Positions 63,101 through 64,000 of a DNA stretch of 64,000 nt are shown piece after piece (the stretch's first letter is position 1; each line of letters opens with the position of its first letter). Below the pieces are notes generated by a model. The model was not told where the DNA came from. It saw only the letters and a list, made by a program, of their open reading frames with translations, and ran no database searches. The stretch is from a virus. The translations under genes and the position numbers were made by a program. The stretch spans positions 4,189-68,188 of IMG/VR virus record IMGVR_UViG_3300039008_000077, one strand, 5' to 3'.

Positions 63101-64000
63101 AATACCCTCAGTATCACAGTGTTTCGGTTCAGCCGTGGATTGGCTTTGACATCCTTGGTCGTCAGCCCGCCCCACGTCTTGTGGATTGTACGAAGGGCAT
63201 TATTACAGACTTTGGGCAGTACGTCAAGAGGCTTTCGTAACTTTGTTGCACGTGACTTGGATTCATCCACATTGGTGATCTCCATACCCTTGCCGCCAAA
63301 GCCAGTATCATCTTTGGCCACCAGCTCTGTGAGTGTGCGGTATTTCTCATTGAACAGGAATACACGCTGTGCTCCAATGATGTCCTTCACTGGACGGCTC
63401 TTTACACCGAACTCAGGGCTCTCTGAGAGGCAAACGAACTTCTTGGCCTGTTGGGCCTTGGTTGGTGCTTTCTTCTTCCTCACGCCCCTCTTAGTGGCAG
63501 TAAGGGTATCCAGCTCCTTGATCAGAGTCTTCAACAGCTTCACTCGGGCATTCTTGGCCTTCACTGTGAGATGTGGATAGCCTTCCTTATCCCAGTTTGT
63601 GGTGTACTCGGCCAGTCGGCCTTCTAGCCACGGGCGGGCAAAGGTCTCAAGGCTGATCTTGGAATCCTTGTACTGGGCCTGACGGATGGTCAGGGACAGA
63701 GAGCCGGTCAGGCCCTCTACCCACTGATCTTCCAGCTCTTCTAGAGCCTCCATCATCTTTGGACGCACAGGGCCTGTTCTCTTTGGTTTAATTGGAGCTT
63801 CTGTAGTAACTTCCTCGGGAATGAACGTGGCAGCAGAGTATGCGGACTGTACAAGATCAGTTTCGCTCTCGGACAGCTTCCAATCATTGTTAGCCATGGC
63901 GCACAATTTAGCAGCTTGTACATTTTCCCATGCCCGGGCAACTCGGTCTGCTTGGGTTGCGGACAGATTCTCATTGGACCGCAGCCAAGTCTTTACATCA
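63097..64000 (-). CDS. Conserved T4-like hypothetical protein, 5'-truncated by the window edge
   Basis: The frame stays open from 63906 to the window end (DVKTWLRSNENL...); C-terminus FNEKYRTL...KLRKP...RLNRNTVILRV. Confidence 0.75.
   Translation of the reverse strand, partial: DVKTWLRSNENLSATQADRVARAWENVQAAKLCAMANNDWKLSESETDLVQSAYSAATFIPEEVTTEAPIKPKRTGPVRPKMMEALEELEDQWVEGLTGSLSLTIRQAQYKDSKISLETFARPWLEGRLAEYTTNWDKEGYPHLTVKAKNARVKLLKTLIKELDTLTATKRGVRKKKAPTKAQQAKKFVCLSESPEFGVKSRPVKDIIGAQRVFLFNEKYRTLTELVAKDDTGFGGKGMEITNVDESKSRATKLRKPLDVLPKVCNNALRTIHKTWGGLTTKDVKANPRLNRNTVILRVL

Noticed and set aside
1-64000. tRNA genes, CRISPR arrays, group I introns, inteins, integrase or IS elements
   Set aside because: None recognised. 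Intergenic gaps are short and accounted for, and core genes such as gp17, gp20 and gp23 are uninterrupted. A tRNAscan/Infernal run would be the formal check.

Overview
A 64 kb stretch of a T4-like myovirus genome in the non-coliphage (marine/alphaproteobacterial-type) gene arrangement, nearly all on the minus strand. It holds recombination and late-transcription genes (gp46, gp47, gp55, uvsW, uvsY), the head-neck-tail block (gp3, 23, 22, 21, 20, 19, 18, 17, 16, 15, 14, 13), baseplate genes (gp8, 7, 6, 25, 5, 27-like, 53, 48), a plus-strand late operon (gp4, gp2-like, gp54, tape measure), then gp26/gp51, gp32, gp59, gp33 and small early-type ORFs. TATAAATA late promoters and sigma70-type promoters can be read directly. 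The strongest oddities are four. (1) gp51 has no usable start codon and is entered in the -1 frame from gp26 at a T TTT TTC slippery site, resembling the G/GT tail-chaperone frameshift. (2) gp5 is split: its OB-fold is fused to nested muralytic domains and a fibre of more than 2,000 aa (3,076 aa in total), and the beta-helix needle is a separate gene about 10 kb downstream. (3) Several orphan late genes look like capsid-packaged effectors: a protein kinase with a T4-type capsid-targeting N-terminus, an ADP-ribosyltransferase-like protein and a PcfJ-like protein. (4) Late promoters are built into hairpins, one of which hides the uvsW ribosome-binding site. No tRNA, CRISPR, intron, intein or transposase was seen. 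All family assignments come from motif recognition by eye, not from database searches, and the host cannot be determined from this window.
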